The notes under the pieces were generated by a model. The model saw only the letters and a list, made by a program, of their open reading frames with translations, was not told the DNA's origin and made no database searches. This document shows positions 25,675 to 36,592 of a DNA stretch of 64,000 nt, one piece after another. The DNA comes from Podarcis bocagei. Lineage: Eukaryota. A program made the translations under genes and the position numbers. The stretch's first letter is position 1; every line of letters starts with the position of its first letter. The stretch is from NCBI GenBank assembly GCA_964188305.1, contig OZ076900.1; one strand, 5' to 3'.

Positions 25675-26405
25675 GCACATTTAATGCAATATTGCAAAGG
25701 CTCAGATCTCTTCAGGTGCTTCAAGTGCATGTGAACAGATCACTTTTGTTTGTTTGTTTTAAACAGTTTATACCACCCTTCATCATTTTAGTTTTCTGGA
25801 AGGCACATGCTATATTGTGGGTTGCATGTACCATACCACCCCTTCCTAATGTTTCCCCTTTTGGAACTCACCAACATAACAGGAATACTCTACTTTCCAT
25901 TTTTAGTTCCCTCATGAAGAATTGCAAGGCTCTGTCATGAGTATGCTTAATAATTATACTGGGTGTTCATTATTATTATTATTATTATTATTCTGTACAA
26001 GTTAAAAGTATGACCTGAAAGCAAAGAGTTTATCCTAAAGTTCTCCTCTTTGACGGTTGCTGAGCAGATCTTTTCCAAAACTCGCTGTCACTTCTATCAA
26101 AAAAGGGATACCAGCCTTGTCTTTAAATGATATTTTGTGTCATGACAGCTCATTGGGGAAAGAATCACACTTTTTTGTTTCCTTTTTTCCTTTTGTTTTT
26201 TGCATACTGTTATATACTGATTAAGCTGAATTTCCTTTAACTTGTTACTTAGGATAGAGGTCTTCAGCTTCAACTCAGAATTCTTATATACATGAATATT
26301 AACAAACCTGAATAGGTTTGCATATGCATTATAATTGTGTTAAGCTGTGCCTATATACACTCACACTTTAAAGCCCGAAATAGCTTGATTTGTCAAGGTA
26401 TGCCT

Positions 26406-26797
26406 TTATAGTTGGTGCTCATGGATCAAAGTAGCGTTCTTCCCAGATATGGAGGCTGCCTGGGCCGGGATGAAGTTTGCAAGAGGAATGACTTTGACTG
26501 GGTCTTCACTGGTGCAGTGTCTTTCGCAGGTGTTGTAGAACTGAGGCCTGGGTCCTCCTTGGCCTTTGTCAGTATCATCCTTCGGAAGGGGCCTTCCGAG
26601 GGTGTGCCTTCCCTCTGGCATGGCTCCACACCCCCATCCTTGCTGGAAGCCGAATGCTGGCAAAGGAGGGTTGGATTGCTGGTACTGTGTCAGGGAAGGA
26701 GGCATCCAGCAATTGTCAGAATGGCCAAGGATGAGACATTCTTGTGTGCAGGTTTCAGAAGCTTCAGCAAGAGCTTTTTGGAGGTTCACTTCAATAG
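26406..26797 (-). CDS. PCDH11X: Protocadherin-11 (delta-1 protocadherin) terminal coding exon, cytoplasmic tail with CM2 motif
   Basis: Translation (x)IEVNLQKALAEASETCTQECLILGHSDNCWMPP...FQQGWG...PQFYNTCERHCTSEDPVKVIPLANFIP...HEHQL*. CTQECLxxGHSDxCWMP is the delta-protocadherin CM2 motif. The QQGW, QFY..ER and KVIPL..F.P blocks match my recollection of PCDH11X better than PCDH9. Canonical acceptor on the minus strand: CTAAT branch-like motif, tcttcttctcttttctttttaAG (AG at 26799-26798), phase 1. TAA stop at 26408-26406. Confidence 0.88.
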
Positions 26798-29700
26798 CTT
26801 AAAAAGAAAAGAGAAGAAGATTAGGTGTCATTTAAGAATATTTATTTCTTGTAGAACAGGGGTGGGGCCCTCCAGATGTTGCTGGACTCCAACTTCCATC
26901 GTTCTTGAGAACTGGTTATGCCAGCTATGACTCATGGGAGTTAGGAGTCCAGCAACAGTGAGAGGAACACAAGTTCTCCATTCCTGATGAATTCTATTTG
27001 TGATGTTCTGGGGTAACAAGTTTCAGAACACTAGTCAACTGAATAACTCTTTAGCTTTATTGTAATTATACATGTATGATTTCATTAACTATGGACATTT
27101 ATAGCAACATAGGAAGCCACTTTATACTGAATCAATCCATTGCACTTTCTAGTTCAATACTGTCTACTCCGACTGGCACCAACCCACTGGGTGTTCAGAT
27201 AGGGAGCTCTCCCAGCCCTACCAGGAGATGCTAGAGAGGGAATCTGAAGCCTGCTTCATGTGGGATAACCAGTCTCAGGTTAACCAGTCTCATATAACAA
27301 CGTGCTTAAGTCTAATTAATGCATGAAGGGATCAATACCATAGAGCATGCTGCCCTGCCAGGCTTAGCTAAGTCACTTCCCTCAACTAGAGAGGAACTAC
27401 TGGTAGTAATCAAGCCTTTGTTCTCTCCAGTCTACCTGAGAAGCTCAGCATGTGCAGATGTTTGAGCTAGAGGCTCCAGCTCACCCCTCTTGGCTCTCAC
27501 CAGCCATTCTTTAGTTCCTCTACCAGTAATTTAGGAACTTTCATCACTTTGTAACTAAGCCAAGTTTTACTGCCTGTGCAGCTTTCTGAAGCCCAAGAAT
27601 CTAGCCTTTGGAAAGTTTGTAAGTATTTTTTTGTTTGTTTGTTTAAAAAAAGTTATCAAAAATGTGGTCTTTTTCGTTTGCTGGTGGAAGAAGGGAAATA
27701 GCACCATTCTGAATCAGATGAGTTGAACTCCACCCACCACAGAATTACACTTCCTATAACTTTCAGCACACCAAAAAAGAGAGAATTATTTTCACTCTTC
27801 GTGTTTTCATGGTCTCTTCATTTAGGTGCTTTTTGTATTTGCATCAAATACAAAGATATCTTTTTGAAGGCAGAGTATGAAGTCTTAAGCTTTGATGCTA
27901 TGGATAACACAGTTGTCCACTGTTGTAGAAGCAACCTGCAGACATAATGCAACATGCTCTATATCTCTGTATATACACAGAAACTAGGAATGCACATTGA
28001 ATTTACATGATTCCCTAATTGCAAAGTAGAACTAGATACTTCAGGGGTCAGACTTACATTTAAATAGGATTTTTAACACTCTTAAACATACAGTAGGGAG
28101 GGCATGCACACCCTGAAAACCACACTGCAGAAAACTAAATTGAACCTTCTGTTAACCAGATGGGGAGCAGAGAGTTCAATCCTGCTGGGTGTTGCTGTGT
28201 CAATATGTTCCCCACAGGTAACACCCTGGCTAAGTAGACCCCTGCAGTCAGCAGGACTCGGTTTGTGAGTGGAGAGTGCACTAGTGCTGGGATATGCTTC
28301 ACCAGTGCATTCACATTTGACTATGGATAGCTATGGTGACTCTACCCATGAAAAAGAGGATGTGTCCTGGAAAAAGAGTACATATGGCAACTCTGCATAA
28401 ACTTTGGTTTAAACCCTGATTTTGTTTTTTGTGAAACAGCCTTTTTGTCTGAATGATGTTGCTCAGTGACTCAGATCTGCTTCATTCCCCCACCTTCCTC
28501 CATGCTGAGTTCTAGGAGCAGAGCCAGCCTAGCCAAGAGGCAAGATGAGGCAACAAAGCAGTAGATTGGGCCTCCAAGGAATACATCACCCACTGCTGCA
28601 GCAACAAAGGCTATGGTATACTCCTTGGAGGACGGATCTGCCACCTCCTTGGCAGCAACCCCACGCCTCTTCTACAGTGGCATGTCACTGGTGGTCTCCT
28701 CCCCACCTTGTCTCCAATGTAGATCTTTCTTCCTCCCTTGTTCCTGATGTAGTTGCTCACTCACCCATTCTTCCCTACTCCAGAACCATTTTGTGGTTCA
28801 CATCAGGTGCCAAAATGTCTTGAACTGGCCCTGTCTATGACGGCAACATAGAGACAAGAGGGGAGGAAGCTGACAAGCTGTGCCAGACCCTGAACAGGTT
28901 GCAAGTAGGAAGGAATAGGTGGGGACTGGCTAAAGGCAGACTGGGGTTGGTGGAGAAGTGCTCCATGCATCTTAATGAGTATAATGCAACCACCCATATG
29001 GGCATGGCTCCCCACATTTGTTCTTAGTCTTTCATTCTCTGTCTCTTTCCAGAATCTATTTTCACTGTGAGGTAGAAGAAAAAGAAGAAAGTCTGCAGGA
29101 TAATATACCTGCTGTGACTCTATTTTATAGCTACAGTACACATACCTGATCAAACTACCACATTATTTGCAGAGTCAGGGCAAAGCGGAATTTCCTGGGT
29201 TTTAAGTACTATTGTCTCTCTTTTTTTGTTTTTATGTCGATCACACACAGACACAGTAAAAGTACACATCCTGTTCTTATTTGAACTCCAAATTGCTTTG
29301 GGGAGCAAACAGTGGGATCATATTTGTTTAATTTGTCTGCCCCAGAAATAAGAACTCCCCCCCCCCTTTAAGGCTGTCAGGTGAATTCCTGTCTCCTCAA
29401 ATATACAGATCTGAGTTTGACTTACAAGCATAGCAGTTTAAAGGCTTTTATTCATTGTTCATCAGCCTGTATCACTTGTAGGTTAAAAGAGTTTTCAGTA
29501 ATTATATATAGAAGTGGAGTGTGGGAGAAGAATCAAGGTTGTTGCAGTATTGCCAGTAGCTATCCTTGAGGTTCTTTTTTTGTTTTTTTTTAAAATCACT
29601 TAACCCAATTGACTTCTCTAAATCTTTCTTCTTATCCATCGAGGGAGGCTTTTATCAGAGACAAAAGTCAGATACAGCAAGCATAAATGGGGATCGAGAT

Positions 29701-30293
29701 ATGATTATCCATGAGGAATAATAGTAGATAGTAGAACAAAGAGGCTGGTAAAGCATTCTTGCTTTCCTGTGATGTAAAAGGAACAGAAACCCCACAAATT
29801 AAGCAGATTTGATAGCTGCTGCCCTTGGAAATGCCATAGAGATCACAAAGATGCACATGAATCATTTTGCTTGGACCCAGTGTGTTTTGTGTCAGGACAT
29901 AGTTCCTCAGGGGCAATTGAACCAGTTTCTTCAAAGCAACAGCTCAAACAGCCTTGCAATCTGCCTGGCAAAGAAAATGGAGTGCATCCATCTAAGTTAC
30001 AGTAAACCAGTGGAAATTAATGGACCTACATTACATCCATTCCTTTCAATGGGTCTGCTCCAAGTATAACTAATGTTGGTTATGACAGGTGCCCAGTGTC
30101 TGGGATAATATATATATTGTCCAGCACTTTCTCCAAAGAGGGCAGTATACAGTACCTGGTTCTAATGTATCCACTCATTTATTCACACAACAACCCAGCA
30201 AAGGTAGGTTTGACTGATAAACAGTGCCTTGGCCAAGTACACTGATATATTACACCACTATTTCATTTAAAAAATCAATGTGGTTTGAAATAA

Positions 30294-30514
30294 NNNNNNN
30301 NNNNNNNNNNNNNNNNNNNNNNNNNNNNNNNNNNNNNNNNNNNNNNNNNNNNNNNNNNNNNNNNNNNNNNNNNNNNNNNNNNNNNNNNNNNNNNNNNNNN
30401 NNNNNNNNNNNNNNNNNNNNNNNNNNNNNNNNNNNNNNNNNNNNNNNNNNNNNNNNNNNNNNNNNNNNNNNNNNNNNNNNNNNNNNNNNNNNNNNNNNNN
30501 NNNNNNNNNNNNNN
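30294..30514. other. Assembly gap (221 N)
   Basis: Run of N. Confidence 0.99.
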
Positions 30515-30844
30515 TAACTATTGTGGAAAGAGGTGTTCCTGGTTGCTTGCATAGGCTTGACAGAATAGAAAGGTTTTCAGCAGATTCAGCTACCTCTCTA
30601 CCAGCAGAGTACAGTGGGACCTTGGTTCTTGTATGGCTTAGTTGTCGAACAAATCGTCTCCCAAATGCCTCAAACCCTGAAGTAAGTGTTCCGGTTTGTG
30701 AAAGTTTTTCAGGAGCTGAACATCCAACATGGCTTCCGCTTGAGTGCAGGAGGCTCCTGCAGCCAATCAGAAGCAGCACCTTGATTTTCGAATGGTTGCA
30801 GGAGTCCATCAGACTCCCAGAATTCGAGAACCAAGGTACCACTG
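30515..30844. mobile_element. Tigger-like MITE, left end lost in gap
   Basis: Ends ...GAGAACCAAGGTACCACTG|TA; CpG-enriched. Confidence 0.7.
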
Positions 30845-30849
30845 TATTC

Positions 30850-31330
30850 TGTAATACTGGGCCAATGACACTAAAGTCTCTACTTATTGTTATGAAGTGA
30901 ATCTTGCCAACTCAAGGAATGACCAGTGACGCACCTGCAGATGATCTTAGTGATCAAGCTGGGATATAAGAGCTCAGGTGATCCCTGAGGTACCATGGAC
31001 CTAAGTTGTTTAGGGCTTTGCAAATTAATACAAGAACCCTGAACCTGGCTCAGTAGTAGATGGACTTCCGGTACAGGTGTTTTAACAATGGTGTTCCGTG
31101 CTGTTGCCTAGATGCACCCATCAGTCTGACTGTTGCATTCTGCACCAGCTGAAGTTTCTGAACCAGACCCAAGGTCAGCCCCATGTAGAGCACATTACCG
31201 TAATATAGACTTGAGGTTATCAACACATGGACTACAATGGTCAGGCTATCCCTGTCCAGGAACAGCCATAGCTGGTGAACCAATTGAAGCTGCTAGAAGG
31301 TACTTAGTGAGATGGATGGCGGAGGTGATA
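30850..31330 (-). mobile_element. L2-clade LINE ORF2 C-terminal fragment
   Basis: FLDRDSLTIVVHVLITSSLYYGNVLYMGL..VQKLQLVQNATVRL..TPLLKHL matches L2 LVTSRLDYCN..KLQLVQNAAARL. Confidence 0.82.
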
Positions 31331-31417
31331 TTTGAAGCCTAGACTCCTCAGAGCTCATCTGACACTAGACTTGTTCACACATTACAATGAAGACAAGTTA
31401 AAGCTGTCTCTAAAAGC

Positions 31418-31607
31418 TGGGCCATGGCTTAGTGTTAGAGCATTTAATTTGCATGCAGATGTTCCCAGTTTTAAGCCCTGGAATCTGCAGCTGGGGCTAA
31501 GAGAGAACCCTGCCTGCAATACAGGAGAGTCACTAACACTCAGTGCAGTGCATTTAATACTTTGCTAGATGGACCAATCATCTGACTCATGGCTTCCAAT
31601 GTTCCTA
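31418..31607 (+). mobile_element. tRNA-derived squamate SINE
   Basis: gggccatggcttagtgttagagc..gcatgcaga..gctagatggaccaat..gttccta; same family as 12298. Confidence 0.7.
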
Positions 31608-31927
31608 CACGTTTATAAGTGTTGGCGTTAAAGATGATACACTAACTGGTTTGAACAGCTCAACTATTGTATACACAGACTGAACACTGCATGTGAACAA
31701 TTGTATGATTACACAGCTGATATTTTTGTGCACACAGGGACACGGAAAGTACACTTGATAAACACAGCATGTGAACACATCTACTCTAGTCAAGCAGCAT
31801 ATATTTTGTCCAAGATTTAATAGTCACATTGAAATCAATTGGGCAAATATACAATAAATGTGCATGAAGCCTAGGCAGCTATATATGTTCTTAACTTTCC
31901 TATTGATTACAGTTGAAGAACTAAACA

Positions 31928-31930
<3 letters not shown>

Positions 31931-31975
<45 letters not shown>
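31931..31975. repeat. (CA)n microsatellite
   Basis: Direct inspection. Confidence 0.95.
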
Positions 31976-31977
<2 letters not shown>

Positions 31978-34699
31978 CTCTGGTGTAGCCTATCAATATG
32001 GAACATCTGTCCTCTTTTACAAGCCAGGGAATTATCTGCATGCATTCTGGAAAATCCCTGTGTGTCCCCATGGAACTGTTCTATTAATGAAAAATGGGCC
32101 ACTCCTGTGCTGCTGAGATTTTGAATCATAGTATAGCTGCCTGTTTGCAACTGAAAAAAGAAAGAAAAGAAAACACTAGAAAAATCACTTAAACACAGTG
32201 AATTTTCCTTAGTGTTGTGTAATGCGAAATGTTCAGTCTAGCTAAGTCTCCTCAACAAAAGCCAACACAGAGTTTGACACACTTCTGGATGGGAGCCATC
32301 CAACCTTCCTTCGCACCCACTCTTATTTCATCACAAAGCAAGCAACAATTAGCACACAATTAAGCAAATTGCCATAATTATGCCATTGCTGTTCTACTTT
32401 TCATATTTCCCCAACACAGTACATATATGAATACATGGCTGGCGGGCCAGCATCATTCGTTCGGCAGCCCAGAAGTGGCTCTCTCAATTGCTGGAACATT
32501 TCTTATTAAACAGCTCCAGCAGCACATTGCAGTCTTATCTGCTCAGCAGGAAGTTGCTCAAGTGATGCCGATGACAAGCTTAAACTGCTCATGTCAGCCA
32601 ATAGCTAATAAGGAATATGCCGGTTTCTTGCTAGAGGTTGTACTCCTGTCCATGCGGGAAGTGTGGCCTAATGTGAGGAAATTATGGCTCAGAATTACTC
32701 TGGTGGCCTGAAGTAGCCACTTGGGTACCATAATTTAGCAGCTTTAGCTATGTAAGAGACCCGAAATGACAGTAAAAATGAAGAACAAAGTAGAAGTCGT
32801 CTGTTAGTATAAGTCGGGTTGCTTTAATGAGGTCAGTACCAAGACACTTTAATGTAGAACCCCTAAAATGATTGCTGTTATAATATACTCTACCTTTTTT
32901 TTTCTTTTTTTCTTTTCTTTTTGGTTTAATAATAAAATGCCTTTGGGAACAGATTGCCATGAATATTTTAGTTTTCCCATATAAGTTTAAATAAATTTGA
33001 GGGAAAAATAAGACTGTGATTAAAAGTTCCAAAGCTTTACAGTTCTTTAATCATAGACTGAAGTAGAATGCACATTAGTCATTGACAGGTTTCTTTTAAC
33101 TTTTTGGTCTGTTATAAAGAGCTTATTCTTTAAAAAGAAAAAAAAATCAAGGGCAAGTGAACTGTCTTATATTATTGGAAAAGGAAACCCTTGGTTCCAA
33201 AGTTTGTGTTAAATTAATATATTCTCCATACATTTTCATCATAATATTGGGCAATCCTGTTAATTTATCCTAGAAAGAGCTTGAGAGCAGGTTCCTTGCA
33301 ACTAATAATTTCCCATGGGGATAAACATTAACAACAACAACAACAAAAACCCTTTCTTTCCTCTTCAATCCTTAAATATTTAAAAGAGAAATTGTAATGA
33401 ATTGTAATGGTTCTGCATTATTTTACAGAGATTTTGATGCATATTCGCAACACTAAAGCATCTGTATTGGAATGAAGGTGGTGCGTTGAGCTAGATTTAA
33501 GGTATAAATAACAACGGCTTTGTTTTAATATTTCATTAGTCGCTTCACTTTTGAACTGCTCCTTCTTAAAACATTGATAGGAGCTTCTTTTATTTAACAG
33601 GGCATATCAGACAACACTACAATGATTTGTAGTGGATGAAAAGTAATACTATTTTGATACAAATGACTGATAAAGACCATTAAACCAATCAAGTATTTAA
33701 AGGGGGCTATTTAAAAGTTCATTGTATACTTGGAATATTCAGGGTAGTCTAAATGTCCTTATTACAAAATGTTTTCTTCACATACTTTAACATGCAGAAA
33801 CCTCTTAAACCCCATCACATTAATAGGATATTTGAATAGGCTGTAGATATGTTGAAGATCCATGAATTGTCACCACTGACCTGGTCTTGTTGTTGTTGTT
33901 GTTTAATTAAACTAGGTGGGCATAAAAGTTGCTGTTGTCCCATGTGCCAACACTGTCAGTCTAGTTGGTTGTTCTAAAACATACACTCCCTTTGGAATGT
34001 AAATTGTTGTTGTTGTTCTTTGTTTGTTTTAAAAATAATTGCAGCAGCAATACTGAAATGATTACGTGGCTGCCAAATAAGAACATAGAAAGTTAGCTGT
34101 TATCAAACTATCTGTCTACATAGTATAGTACTGTCTAGTGTAGTCCTTGCTAACCTGGTGTCCTTCTAACTGTTTTAGATTACAGCTCCCATCAGCCCCA
34201 GCTGTTTTCCTTGAAGTAAACTGTTCCTCAACTCACCATGCTTTCAGAGGTATATTATTCTCAGATAGGAGCCCTTACAAAGATTTTCCTTATCAAATTG
34301 AGTTCCACCTTGAACTGCTCACCTCATGGCTATCCCCAGCTGGGTGTGGTGGATGGGAGTTGTAATCCAAAATGGCTGCAGGGCACCAGGTTAGTGAAGG
34401 TTGGTTTAGTCTGACTGGAAGCAGCGAGCTAAAGCCACAGAGATATTTCACACCCTGCTACTTGGTATCATTTTAATTGCTAGTGCCACATATTGAACCT
34501 GCATTGTGGATACATAAGAGCTCACCCATTCACTTCGTCCAGTTCCAGGAAACAAGCACTCCCAGATTCTGCTAGCGACTGAGGCAGACATGAACTTTGG
34601 GGTTCTGCACTGTAAATAGTTTTTGCACCTAAATAAAACCTGTAAAAGACAGGTCGGAGTCCTGCCTGTTTACTTGTGAGCAACCACCTCTGCCATCTG

Positions 34700-35118
34700 A
34701 CACCCGCCCTTCCTGGACAAGACTGGGCTCAGGGCTGCTAAATCAGGTATAAAAACAATAGATTAAAATACAACTTAAAAACAGGATTAAAGTACAGCTT
34801 AAAATGCAGCCTCATTTCAGTGGAAGCTCAGATCAAAAACTGTTTGGGTGGATAAAACGTCAAATCTTCACCAAGGCCAGCTATTCCAGACTGGTCCTAC
34901 GTGGGCCAGAAAAAAGCCAGGGAAGTCCCCAAATAGGGGTTCCATCACAGAAGGAAAAGGAAAGAGGGAGAGGGGGATCAGGCTGATTCCAAGCCAAATG
35001 CCAGGTGGAACAACTATGTCTTACAGGCTCTGCGGAAAGAAATCAGTTCCCACAGGGCTCTGGTCTCATGATACAGAGCGTTCCATCAGGCCAGAGCCAG
35101 TGTTGAAAAGGCCCTGTT
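34700..35118 (-). mobile_element. L2-like LINE 3' end
   Basis: Minus strand cagggccttttcaacactggctctggcctgatggaacgctctg (RAFS..W N.L motif), followed by a T-rich L2-type tail. Confidence 0.6.
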
Positions 35119-36451
35119 GAAGAATGGCAACACCAATGAGGATCAAGAAAGCCCTTCAGAGCTTCTACTTACTCAAGCTATACTCAGTGTTCTCTGTCCA
35201 CTCTGGTACAAGAGCCCTTACACTGGTGGACGTGTTTAAAGGTTGCACAACAAAGGAATCCAATGCAACAATTGTACTTATGGAAGCTTGTTGTGCAGTG
35301 GCTGCTTCTTGTTGTGTAATCTATTGCACAAGAATCTTTGGTAATGCACTTGTGTTTTCCTTTGCAAAACAATGTTTCACCAGCAGAACAAGGATATCTT
35401 TACACTGGATATTCCCATTGGCCTCAAAATGGAGATTACAGACCGGGCAGATGAGTCTCTGCTAGGTACTGCAGGTCTCAGGTTGCTCCTAGGTTTCTGG
35501 GGGAAAGAATAAATATCTGGCCCCTATTTCAAGGGACATAAAGTCTAGTATTTATCCAGATCTCTCACCAGCCTTAAGTGAAATGCATTGGTTCCTCATT
35601 AGACAGAGATTAGGCAGAAGCAGTGTATGTATCATATTTTCTGACATAAACAGGCATGTGATATCCCAACAGGGTTTACCACCATTAAAAAAAGATGGTT
35701 TATGCATATGGCCAAATAGAAATTAAAACACATTGAAAATAGAGCCTTCGCTGTTGCATGGGGAGGCATAATTTGCATTGGATTCCCTAATATCAGCAAA
35801 TTACACAGCCTTGCCACCAAGAAATGTGTTTGCAAGTTCCATGGGGATGCAGCATGCTGTTTAGATTAAAGGAAACCTGGTGCAGAAATAATGACATTCT
35901 CAATGGCTCGTCAACTGGACTACAATCCAGCTATTGGGCGGGGGGAGCATCTAAAGATGGCACTTTGGAAGTGAAACAAAGGCTAATTAACTGAAAGCTG
36001 CTTAGCCAAATTAAGGTAACTCCGGCCATTGTGGAAAGGCATTTATATCCCCTTTAACAATTGCATAATTATTCCATTCCCTCATTAACCAGGCATATAA
36101 GAGCCAATTAGCACCAATTAAACAGATGTGTATACACTTAAGTTCAATTATTTATTTAATCAAGAGTCACTGGCAACATGGTATATGCTATCATTTAAAT
36201 GAGAGAAGCCTCTTTATATGCATGCAAAGGCTATTGGTGATGGTGTTTTATAAAGTTTACTGAAGATGTGTTAAGAATGAGGAAGTAGTACCTGCTCAGG
36301 GATTAAGGGGTTGGAAAGAACAGAAGATTGGGTGAGGTACACTCAAATGCTGCTGCTGCAACTTGATAGATATCTGGTACAGTATATCACACACATAATC
36401 TCAGTTTTGTGTGTGTCCAAAATATAATGAAGTTATATAATTAATATAGAT

Positions 36452-36592
36452 TCAGGTAGGTAGCCGTGTTGGTCTGACGCAGTCAAAATAAATAAAAAAT
36501 TGTCCAGCAGCATCTTAGAGACCAACCAAGTTTCTTCTGGGTATAAGCTTTCGTGTGCATGCACACTTCATCAGAAACACTGAAACAGAAGT
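36452..36592 (-). mobile_element. Penelope-like element terminal (pLTR) fragment
   Basis: Homologous to 10272-10383 (gtagccgtgttggtctg...cttagagaccaac...gctttcgtgtgcatgcacac) and carries a hammerhead core. Confidence 0.75.
36541..36578 (-). ncRNA. Minimal type I hammerhead ribozyme (Penelope-associated)
   Basis: Minus strand gttt-CUGAUGA-A-GUGUGC AU GCACAC-GAAA-GC-UU-auac. Both conserved boxes are present, with a 6-bp stem II, a palindromic AGCU stem III, and stem I at 3/4 pairs. Confidence 0.75.

Larger units (their letters stand above)
16313..26405 (-). other. Putative long 3'UTR of PCDH11X, interrupted by TE insertions
   Basis: Begins at the stop codon and contains AU-rich unique blocks. 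Pumilio elements TGTATATA (26359-26352) and TGTAAATA (16578-16571). AATAAA at 25674-25669 and 16335-16330. The extent is inferred without RNA data. Confidence 0.45.

Noticed and set aside
26412-26930. 172-aa plus-strand ORF
   Set aside because: Antisense shadow of the PCDH11X exon; no recognisable protein.
30224-30900. ORFs spanning or adjoining the first gap
   Set aside because: Produced by N-runs and a MITE interior.
34505-34702. Second solo LTR (AATAAA near 34632, ends ..CTGACA)
   Set aside because: No TSD or matching TG terminus found; at most a fragment.
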